NCBI GenBank assembly: GCA_964462555.1
Contig: CAYWXY010000001.1
Location: 1,577-65,576 of the forward strand
DNA length: 64,000 bases
Source of the DNA: an uncultured Pseudomonadota bacterium
Lineage (GTDB): Bacteria; UBA10199; GCA-002796325; CAYWXY01
Direction: 5' to 3'
Part shown: positions 1-9,500 of the stretch, in pieces
Position numbering within the stretch: position 1 is the stretch's first letter
Layout of the letters: each line of letters opens with the position of its first letter
Program-made: the position numbers and the translations under genes
Notes under the pieces: generated by a model
What the model saw: the letters and a program-made list of their open reading frames with translations, nothing else
The model's database searches: none
Told to the model about the DNA's origin: nothing

Positions 1-559
1 CGGATAAATAAAGAATTCTTTGCCCCGGAAAGAGCTCTGAGATTTTATTGCCGAGCGCGTGCATGAGATGGGTTTTACCGAGACCCACACCCCCATAGAT
101 AAAAAGAGGGTTGTAATGGCCACCGGGAAGTTCTGCGGCAGACATCGTGGCCGCATGAACAAACTGGTTAGAAGAACCCACGACGAAACGTTCAAATGTA
201 TACTTAGGATTGAGATTCTTTGGGGGCTCCGCACGCTGCTGGGGCTCAACCCTTTCCACAGGCTCTACGGGAAGCGTAATTTCATCGCTGCCGGCCGCAG
301 CCGTGGCGTTACCCGGGATAATCTTAAAATCGAGTGAATAGCTTTTTTCCGTTAGTTGGTAGAGTTCTTGCGTAATCAGGTCGTGATAATAATCGAGAAT
401 CCAATCTTTAACAAACGTATTTGGGGCTCCGAGTATAACCGTATGATCATCAACGTCGACAAACGACAATTGTTGAAACCAATTATTGTAATTGAACTCG
501 TTGACCTTCGGTTTAAGGTTGGTGAGAAGCTGTTGCCAGGTCTGTTCAAAGGCGTGCAT
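1..559 (-). CDS. dnaA: Chromosomal replication initiator DnaA, N-terminal part; gene continues beyond window start (not in ORF track because no stop in window)
   Basis: Manual translation of minus strand from ATG (complement of 557-559): MHAFEQTWQQLLTNLKPKV...NPKYTFERFVVGSSNQFVHAA...NPLFIYGGVGLGKTHLMHALGNKI. Contains the DnaA AAA+ Walker A region GGVGLGKTHL and the conserved NPxYTFxxFVxG motif. Reads divergently from rpmH. Confidence 0.9.
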   Translation of the reverse strand, partial: MHAFEQTWQQLLTNLKPKVNEFNYNNWFQQLSFVDVDDHTVILGAPNTFVKDWILDYYHDLITQELYQLTEKSYSLDFKIIPGNATAAAGSDEITLPVEPVERVEPQQRAEPPKNLNPKYTFERFVVGSSNQFVHAATMSAAELPGGHYNPLFIYGGVGLGKTHLMHALGNKISELFPGQRILYLS

Positions 560-562
560 AAG

Positions 563-571
563 TTATCCACA
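563..571 (+). promoter_or_regulatory. DnaA box (TTATCCACA, perfect consensus) in the dnaA-rpmH intergenic/oriC region
   Basis: Exact 9-mer TTATCCACA seen at 563-571, immediately upstream of the dnaA start. Confidence 0.7.
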
Positions 572-613
572 GGTTCGGCCAAAAAAATTTCCTCCCCCAC
601 CCACTGAGGAAGC

Positions 614-622
614 TGTGGATAA
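614..622 (-). promoter_or_regulatory. DnaA box (TGTGGATAA, reverse complement of TTATCCACA), inverted relative to the first box
   Basis: Exact 9-mer seen at 614-622; two perfect boxes within 60 bp between dnaA and rpmH. Confidence 0.7.
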
Positions 623-997
623 CTCTAAATCAAAGTCGTCACCCCTTTGCAATAGTAATTTCAACCAACCCCACTTTTTACTTAAAGGAGTTGTTTAATT
701 TGTCGGGCCTAAGAGTTTTTCAGAACCAACGAGACCTTGTCAAAATAGGCGGCATATTAGAAAAGCAGATTGACCAGGCTGAGCAAGTGGGCGCCGAGCG
801 GGGCTGCCGGAGATGACCTGCATCAATGGATATAATACCGCAGGCACCGGAGGGCAGGCGACGTTTGGGCCGTAACCCAAACGGAGACGTCCCCGAGGAG
901 CACAGCTTGCGGAGCCTGGCGTAGAGATATTCCATAATAATATCAACATGTTAGTGCTTGTAAGAGAGCGAGAAGGGCGGAAATTGCCAAAACCCCC

Positions 998-1026
998 TTG
1001 ACAAGAAGGCCAAAAAAGTCTTTATT
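998..1026 (+). promoter_or_regulatory. Putative sigma70-like promoter for the rpmH-rnpA-yidD-yidC operon
   Basis: TTGACA at 998-1003, 17-bp spacer, TTTATT at 1021-1026, about 80 bp upstream of rpmH. Confidence 0.35.
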
Positions 1027-1104
1027 CGTGCGGCTTTAGAGGTCATATCGGCCCGTTCATCGGGCCGTATGTGCAGAAAGAGAAAGGAAAATAAGAGGTT
1101 TACC

Positions 1105-1242
1105 ATGAAGAGGACATTTCAACCGAGTCGCACCAAAAGAAAAAGAGCCCTCGGGTTTCGTGCACGCATGAAAACGAAAGGCGGCCGAGAGGTTATCAAC
1201 AGACGCCGAAGAAAGGGTCGTGCGCGCCTAGCCGTTGAGTAG
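1105..1242 (+). CDS. rpmH: 50S ribosomal protein L34 (45 aa; below the ORF-track size cutoff)
   Basis: Manual translation [45 protein letters not shown]; canonical L34 sequence; position immediately upstream of rnpA. Confidence 0.92.
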   Translation: MKRTFQPSRTKRKRALGFRARMKTKGGREVINRRRRKGRARLAVE

Positions 1243-1245
1243 GCC

Positions 1246-1614
1246 ATGAAAAAACACGCCTTTACCACTGACGAAAGACTGCACCATACAACTGAATTTC
1301 AGAGTGTCTATCGAAACGGCCAAAAGGTAGTATCGCGATACTTTATATTGTTCTTTTTAAAGAGTGATCGAGAAAAATCAAGGCGGCGTTTAGGTCTGAC
1401 TATTACACGAAGCGTTGGCAATGCTGTTGAGCGAAATCGGATCAAACGACAAATTCGGGAGTTCTTTCGAAAAAATAAAAAGAATTTTCCGAATGGCGAT
1501 TGTGTTTTTAAGGCACGTATCAAGGCGGGAAGCGCAAAAAACACCGAGCTGCGCGAAGATATTGAACGGGTGCTCGGGCGTTTGAGGAAACAAGGGGATA
1601 AGCGGAATGCGTAG
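1246..1614 (+). CDS. rnpA: Ribonuclease P protein component
   Basis: 122 aa, basic; RLGLTITRSVGNAVERNRIKRQIREFFR matches the RnpA signature (RNR-KR-RE); conserved rpmH-rnpA synteny. Confidence 0.9.
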   Translation: MKKHAFTTDERLHHTTEFQSVYRNGQKVVSRYFILFFLKSDREKSRRRLGLTITRSVGNAVERNRIKRQIREFFRKNKKNFPNGDCVFKARIKAGSAKNTELREDIERVLGRLRKQGDKRNA

Positions 1615-1825
1615 TTTCTTTCAAGGAATGATTCGTCTTTATCAATTGACGATTTCGCCTATTCTCTCAGCGCTAGGCGGCGGTTGTCGCTTCTATCCCA
1701 GTTGTTCTGAATATTCCAAAGAAGCCTTCACACATTATTCATGGCCACGTGCGGTTCTTATGACGATTAAGCGACTGTTGCGGTGTCATCCATTTCATCC
1801 CGGAGGAATCGATCCGGTACGCTAA
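1607..1825 (+). CDS. yidD: Membrane protein insertion efficiency factor YidD
   Basis: 72 aa; YQLTISPILSALGGGCRFYPSCSEYSKEAF and CHPFHPGGIDPV are hallmark YidD motifs; 8-bp overlap with rnpA. Confidence 0.9.
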   Translation: MRSFFQGMIRLYQLTISPILSALGGGCRFYPSCSEYSKEAFTHYSWPRAVLMTIKRLLRCHPFHPGGIDPVR

Positions 1826-1836
1826 AGGGGAATTTT

Positions 1837-3531
1837 ATGGGCGGTGAAAAACGCGGAATCTTTGCCATTGCACTCAGTTTACTGGTCTTTGTGGTCTGGT
1901 ATTCATTTATTCAACCTAAATTTTTCCCCGAGGACAAGAAAACCGAAACAGCAGCCGTTGAAGAGGTGGTAATAGCGGAAAAGCAAGTAGCCACGGCCGA
2001 GACGGCAGCGTTAGACCAAAAACCAACAGAGCCCACCGCAGCAGCGGGGGCGGTTTCCCAGAAGAACGTTGATGAAGTTTTCACAACGATCGAAACCCCA
2101 GAGATTAAGGTAACGTTTACAAATTATGGCGCCAGGCCGACCGAGTGGGTACTTAATCACTACACCACACGAAAAGGGAAAGACTCCAAGCCGATTAATC
2201 TAGTGACTCAGGACCCCACGCCGAAGCACCCATTAGAGCTAACATTTGTAAAAACGAATGTCGCCATTCCTAAAACGCTTCAGTATACCCTTGTTGAGGC
2301 GACGAACGAGCGTGTTCATTATCGTTGGACATCATCGGCACAGGTGATCGACAAGATCTATTCCGTGACCGATATTAAGTATGACCTCGGTCTGACAGTG
2401 ACAATTACCAATAAAGGAAAAGAGGCCTTAACTCAGCAAGTCTCTCTTGCCTGGACCGCAGGGAAGCCCGAAGAAAAAAAGGGTGGTTTCTTTAGCTTTT
2501 TAAAACGCCCATCCGATATTAAAATGCCGGTCTATGATTTCGATGGTGAGGTTGATAGAGAGACCTCCGTTGCCAAGCTTGGCAAGGAATCGGTCAAATG
2601 GGGAAGCCTTTTTTGGACCGGCATTGAAGACCGCTACTTTTTAGCCGCAATTGTTCCACAGGAGGTCGGCGGTTCATTAGGCCTTGAGATGGGAGTGTTT
2701 GGAGAGGCAGGGGCAAACGGTTTCTATTCCGGCCTCGTCCTTCCGGAGGGGATTATTCCCCCAGGTGGCGCGGAAAAATATAAGTTTTCAATCTTTGGTG
2801 GGCCAAAAGATATGCATGCGCTTCAGGCCGTTGGACGGGACCTTGACAAGGCGATCGATTATGGGTGGTTCACATTTATTGCCATCCCGATTCTCTACAC
2901 ACTCAAGTTTCTCTACAGTCTCGTTCATAATTATGGCATCGCCATTATCTTGCTGACAATCTTGATCAAAATTCTTCTCTATCCGATTTCAAAAAAATCG
3001 ATGAAATCAATGAAGGGAATGCAGCAATTGCAACCGCGTCTCAAAGAGCTCAAGGAAAAATATGCCAATGATAAAGAACGCCTCAATGTTGAAATGATGC
3101 AGCTCTTTAAAAACAACAAGGTTAATCCGATGAGCGGTTGTCTTCCGATGGTATTGCAGTTCCCGGTCTACATCGCGCTCTACCGTGTCCTCTGGAACTC
3201 CATTGAGCTTTATCAGGCACCCTTCTTCTGGTTTTATAGCGATCTTTCCCAGCCGGACCCTTACTACATTACGCCGGTTCTTCTGGGTCTTTTTATGGTT
3301 CTCCAACAGAAGTTGACACCAACCGCGACGGCTGATCCAGCCCAGCAAAAGATGATGATGCTCATGCCGGTCATGTTTGCCGTTTTTCTGGCCTTCTTGC
3401 CAGTGGGGCTGGTTATTTACATTCTCGTCAACACGGTCCTCACTGTTCTTCAGCAGTGGATGAACAACAATGATATCCGGTTCAGGGATCTGTTGCGGGG
3501 ACGATTTCCCAAAAAGGCCAATGCCCAATAG
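1837..3531 (+). CDS. yidC: Membrane protein insertase YidC (start likely ATG 1837, not 1783)
   Basis: N-terminal TM, large periplasmic domain, C-terminal 5-TM core with LLTILIKILLYPISKKSMKSMKGMQQLQP...NPMSGCLPMVLQFPVYIALYRVLWNSIEL; RBS AAAGGGG before 1837. Confidence 0.92.
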   Translation: MGGEKRGIFAIALSLLVFVVWYSFIQPKFFPEDKKTETAAVEEVVIAEKQVATAETAALDQKPTEPTAAAGAVSQKNVDEVFTTIETPEIKVTFTNYGARPTEWVLNHYTTRKGKDSKPINLVTQDPTPKHPLELTFVKTNVAIPKTLQYTLVEATNERVHYRWTSSAQVIDKIYSVTDIKYDLGLTVTITNKGKEALTQQVSLAWTAGKPEEKKGGFFSFLKRPSDIKMPVYDFDGEVDRETSVAKLGKESVKWGSLFWTGIEDRYFLAAIVPQEVGGSLGLEMGVFGEAGANGFYSGLVLPEGIIPPGGAEKYKFSIFGGPKDMHALQAVGRDLDKAIDYGWFTFIAIPILYTLKFLYSLVHNYGIAIILLTILIKILLYPISKKSMKSMKGMQQLQPRLKELKEKYANDKERLNVEMMQLFKNNKVNPMSGCLPMVLQFPVYIALYRVLWNSIELYQAPFFWFYSDLSQPDPYYITPVLLGLFMVLQQKLTPTATADPAQQKMMMLMPVMFAVFLAFLPVGLVIYILVNTVLTVLQQWMNNNDIRFRDLLRGRFPKKANAQ

Positions 3532-3581
3532 ATTAAGGGTTCCCTTTACATAGCACCCAAAATATATTATACGTCTTATTC

Positions 3582-6500
3582 ATGATATGGGGCTGTACAC
3601 CATACCGACCGCCGCCGGCCGACTATCCCGAGCTCCCGGATGTCTCACTCCATGACGTCATTCACGACACCCTCGTTATTAAAGACACGAAGGGTGGAGA
3701 CTCCCTCTTTGACTCCTTCTGGGATATTAAAGAAAAATACGATGCCGAGATTGATACGTTCAGAGAAGATGCGGATGGCTTTGTTGATGCCGAAACGAGC
3801 GATACGTCAGACACCTTTGATGCGTTTGATGGCGAAGAGATGTGTGAAGATCTCTGTTTTGATATTTCAGATAGTAACGATGGTGACGCAGAAGTTTGCG
3901 AGTTTGTTGGCGAGATTGACGATACCTGTGATGATATTGACGACGACTGTGACGGCGAAACCGATGAAGAATTTCCCATAGAATTGACCGAGTGTGGCGT
4001 TGGAGGTTGCCTTTCAACGGGCATCTTGGCCTGTGTCGGCGGCGACATTGTTGATACGTGCGTTGAAAAGCCGGCCGAGATTGACGACAGTTTTTGCGAT
4101 GGTATTGATGGCGACTGTGATGGATGGACCGACGAAGATTTTGAATCTGAAACCACGTCATGCGGTATCGGTGCCTGTTTTTCAGAGGGTTTAACACTAT
4201 GTATTGGAGGCGAGGTTCAGGATAGTTGTGAGCCCGCCCTCCCCGCACCAGACGATCCGGGCTGTGATGGCATTGATGATGACTGTGATGATCTGGTTGA
4301 CGAGGACTTTATTCCATATCCAACGTCCTGTGGGGCTGGGGCATGTGCCGCTGATGGTGAGGCGACGTGTGAGGGAGGTTTCATCATCGACAGTTGCGAG
4401 CCGCTAGCCACAGCACCAGACGATAGCGAATGTAACGGCATCGACGATGACTGTGACGGCGAAACAGACGAAGACTTTGTCTCAATGGTAACTGCTTGTG
4501 GTATCGGGGGTTGTGCCTCCGTTGGGCTAACGTTGTGTGTCGGGGGAAGTGTTCAAGACAGTTGCAAGCCAGGAAAGCCCGCGCCAGACGATGCGACATG
4601 CGACGCTATCGACGACGATTGCGACACAAAGATAGATGAAGACGTTCATCCGATTGAGACCGAGTGTGGCACGGGAGCTTGTTTGGGTTTAGGGCTGGCC
4701 ACATGTCTAGACGGAATAATGGTTGATAGCTGTGAAGAGGGAGTGCCGGCCCTGGACGATTCGGAATGCAACGGGATAGACGATGATTGTGACGGCGAAA
4801 CCGACGAAGAGTTTGTGTCTTCAGCCACCGAGTGTGGTCTTGGCGGCTGTGTTAGCACTGGAAGCACCAGTTGTATCAATGGAGAGGTTCAAAATAGTTG
4901 CACGCCAGAGATGCCAACCCCTGACGATGCCAAGTGTGACGGCGTCGATAGTGATTGTGATGAAGAGGTAGACGAAGACTTTATGCCATACGGTATTCAG
5001 TGTGGCGTTGGGGGCTGTATCGCGGACGGCCTGGCCATCTGTTTGAATGGTGAAATTTCGAATGAATGCACACCGGGAGCGGCGCTGGAAGATGATACGT
5101 CATGTGACGGAATCGACGGTGATTGCGATAGTGAGACCGATGAAGATTTTGTCTCAATGGCAACAATGTGTGGCACGGGTGGATGTTTGGCCGAGGGGAT
5201 CACACTCTGTATTGGTGGTGGCATTCAAGACAACTGTGTGCCCGGAGAGGCGGCGCCGAACGATGCGAGCTGTAATGGCGTCGACGATGATTGTGATGGC
5301 AAAACTGACGAAGATTATGTTCAGCAGATAACGAAATGCGGCGTTGGCGGCTGTTTTGAAGAGGGGGCGACCACCTGTTTGGGTGGCGTGATTTTGGACA
5401 GTTGTGTGGCGGGAACTCCTGCTCTGGATGATTCCGAATGCAATGGTATCGATGATGACTGCGATGGCGAAACCGACGAAGATTTTACCTCACAGGCAAC
5501 GGAATGTGGCACGGGGGCTTGTCTTAGCAGCGGAGAGACAAGCTGCATTAATGGTGTCGTACAAAATAGTTGTACCCCACTCTCCCCTGCCTTTGATGAT
5601 GCAACATGTGATGGTATCGATGATGACTGCGATAACGACCTTGACGAAGACTTTACTCCCTACAGCATTCAGTGTGGTATCGGAGGCTGTGTCGCGGACG
5701 GCCTGGCTATCTGTCTAAATGGTGAGATTTCGAATGAATGCACGCCGGGAGCGGCGTTGGAGGATGACACGTCATGTGACGGCATCGACGGTGATTGCGA
5801 CAGCGAGACCGATGAAGATTTTATCTCAATGGCAACAATTTGTGGCACGGGTGGATGTTTGGCCGAGGGCGTCACGCTCTGCATTGGTGGCGGCGTTCAA
5901 GACAACTGTGTGCCCGGAGAAGCTGCGCCGAACGATGCGAGCTGTAATGGCGTCGACGACGATTGTAGTGGCGAGACCGACGAAGATTTTATTTCAGAAA
6001 CAACAGAGTGTGGCACGGGTGCTTGCTGGGCCCAAGGCCTAACCATTTGTCTAAATGGTATGTTGATAGAAAATTGTGAGGAGCTTCTCCCGGCCATTTA
6101 TGATTCGGAGTGTAATGGTGTCGACGATGATTGCAATGGCGAGACCGACGAAGATTTTGTCTCACAGGCAACGGAATGTGGCACAGGAGCTTGTGTTGAT
6201 AGCGGAGAGACAAGCTGTGTTAACGGAGAAGTTCAAAATAACTGCGTTCCACTGCAACCCGCCCTAGATGATGCAACATGTAATGGTGTCGATGATGATT
6301 GCAATGGTGAGAGCGACGAAGACTTTATTCCCTATGGCATTCAGTGTGGCGTGGGGATCTGTCAGGCGAACGGTTTGGCTATTTGTCTAAATGGTGAAGT
6401 GGTTAATGAATGTACGCCTGGCCTCCCAGCACCAGACGACACATCGTGCGACGCGACAGATAACGATTGTGATGGCTTTAGTGATGAAGATTACATTCCC

Positions 6501-9500
6501 GAAACATCGTCATGTGGTGTGGGGGCATGTATCTCGGAAGGAACCATTTATTGTATTGGCGGAGCCTTTGTTGATAACTGTGAGCCCGGCCAACCCAGCG
6601 TCGAACTCTGCGACAATATCGACAATAATTGTAATAATGTTATCGATGATGATTGTATTGAAGGGGATTTCACCTGCGATGGCGTCGACGACGACGAAGA
6701 TGGCGAAACCGATGAAGAGTTTGAGCCCTACCCCACGTCATGTGGTATCGGGGAATGTTTTGCCGAGGGGCTTGCCACCTGCGTGAACGCCTCAATCATC
6801 GATAGTTGCGAGCCGGGAAGTCCGGCGCCGCTTGATACCATTTGCAACAATCTAGATGAAGATTGCGACAGTAATACCGATGAGGATGTTATTCCCGTTG
6901 AGACATATTGTGGAACGGGCGCTTGCGCCGCCGAGGGTCTTGCTATTTGTGTGGGCGGTGAAATGCAAGACAGCTGCACACCCGGGCAGGCGGCAGCGAC
7001 CGACACGTCATGTGACGGTGTGGATAATAATTGCAATGGCGAGACGGACGAAGGATTTATTTCGTATGCCACGTCATGTGGTCAAGGTGCCTGTTTGGCT
7101 GAAGGGCTCGCCACCTGTGTGAATGGCGATGTGGTGGATGATTGCACGCCTGGAAATCCCGCTCTTGATGATGCGACATGCAATAACGTTGATGACAACT
7201 GCAACGGATTTATAGATGAAGATTTTGTTCAATCAATAACGAATTGTGGTGTCGGTGCTTGTGAAAAGAGTGGGACAACATCGTGTATAGATGGCGACGT
7301 CATAGATAGTTGTGTTCCTGGGCAAGCGGCGCAAAATGACACCAGTTGCAACGCTGTCGACGATGACTGTGACGGTGAGGAAGACGAAGATTTTATTTCA
7401 CAGGCAACAGAATGTGGCACAGGCGCCTGCTCTTCCACGGGGCAGACAACGTGTGTGGCGGGCGAGATCGTTAATGATTGTGTTCCAGGTGACCCCGCAG
7501 CCAATGATGCGACATGTAATGGCGTCGACGATGACTGTAACAATGAAACGGACGAAGATTATCAAAATGCCGTCATCCAATGTGGCGTTGGCGCCTGTCT
7601 GGCCGACGGTCTGAAATTGTGTGTAAATGGCGAGCTGACAGACGAATGCACGCCCGGCCAGCCGGCACCCACTGATTCAACCTGTGACAATGTGGATAAT
7701 AATTGTAATGGCGAAACTGACGAGGGCTTCGTTTCTTATGCAACTTCTTGTGGTCAAGGCGCCTGTTTGGCTGAGGGGCTGGCCACGTGCGTCGGCGGCC
7801 AGGTCGTTGATAGTTGCACGCCTGGAAACCCCGCTCTTGACGATGCGACCTGTGATAACATCGATGATAATTGTAATGGGTTTGAAGACGAGGATTTTGC
7901 ATCAACCGTAACGAACTGTGGCGTTGGTGCCTGCGAGGCGAGCGGCACAACATCGTGTGTGGATGGAGATGTCATAGATAGTTGTGTTCCTGGGCAGGCG
8001 GCGCAAAACGACACTAGTTGCAACGGTGTCGACGATGACTGCAATGGTGAAACAGATGATGGTTTTGTGGCCCAGGTAACCGAGTGTGGCGTCGGGGCCT
8101 GTGCGGCAGAGGGCGCAACCGCCTGTGTTGACGGAGAGATAACAAATAACTGTACGCCTGGAGACCCGGCAGGAAGTGACGCCAATTGTGATGGTGTTGA
8201 TAATAATTGTAATAATGAAGTTGATGAAGATTATCAAAATGCCGTCATCCAATGTGGCGTTGGCGCCTGTCTGGCCGACGGTCTGAAATTGTGTGTAAAT
8301 GGCGAGCTGACAGACGAATGCACGCCCGGACAGCCGGCACCCACTGATTCAACCTGTGACAATGTGGATAATAATTGCAATGGCGAGGCTGACGAGGGGT
8401 TCGTTTCTTATGTAACCTCTTGTGGCCAGGGTGCTTGTCTGGCCGAGGGATTGGCAACGTGTTTGGCTGGAAACATTATCGATAGTTGTCTCCCGGGGGA
8501 GGCTGCCGCCAACGATTCGACGTGTGATAATGTTGACGACGATTGTGATGGTTTTAAAGATGAAGATTTTATCCAGGTGGTTACCAACTGTGGCGTGGGT
8601 CCCTGTGAAAAAGAGGGAATCACATCATGTGTCGACGGTGAGGTTATGGATAGTTGTCTTCCGGGAACGCCAGCACCGAGTGATGTTAATTGCGATAATA
8701 TTGACGACGATTGCAATGGCGAGGCCGACGATGGCTTTATCCCATATGATATAGAATGTGGCACGGGTGTCTGTTTTGCCGAAGGGCTTGCCCTTTGCGT
8801 TCAGGGCAGCATTGTTAACGATTGTGCCGAGGGTGAACCGACCGGAAACGACAGTGACTGCGATAATACAGATAATAATTGCAATGGATTTGTCGATGAA
8901 AATTTTGTTCCGTTTGGGACAGGGTGTGGTGTAGGTGCCTGTGCGGCCGAGGGTATGGCGACATGCGTGGGAGGAGAAATTCTTAACAGCTGTACACCAG
9001 GAGAAGCGGCCCCAAACGACACAACATGTGATGGTGTGGATGATGACTGCGACAGCGCGGTCGACGAAGATTATCAAAATGTCATTATTCAGTGTGGCGT
9101 CGGCGCCTGTGTTGAAGATGGATTAAAGCTATGCGTCGGTGGAGAATTTGTCGAGAATTGCGTGCCCGGAGACCCAGCTGAAAATGATACAACTTGTGAT
9201 GGTGTCGACGACGATTGTAATGGATTTAATGATGAAGACTTTAATCCGTATGGCACCAATTGTGGTGTTGGTGCTTGTTTCGCCGCAGGAACAATGACGT
9301 GTGTGGGCGGGCAACTTCAGAACGACTGTGAGCCGGGTGCTCCAGCGCTCACCGACGACGAATGTGATGGTATTGATAATAATTGTAACGGTACGACGGA
9401 TGAAGAATACGCACCAGAGATAACGGCCTGCGGCAGCGGAGCGTGTGCCGCTGAAGGAACAACGGAATGCATGGAAGGCGATATCATTGATAATTGCACA

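Noticed and set aside
356-949. ORFs 356-607(+), 376-600(-), 492-698(+), 720-935(-), 740-949(-)
   Set aside because: They overlap the clearly coding dnaA 5' region in wrong frames or lie in the oriC spacer containing DnaA boxes. They have no RBS and no homology.
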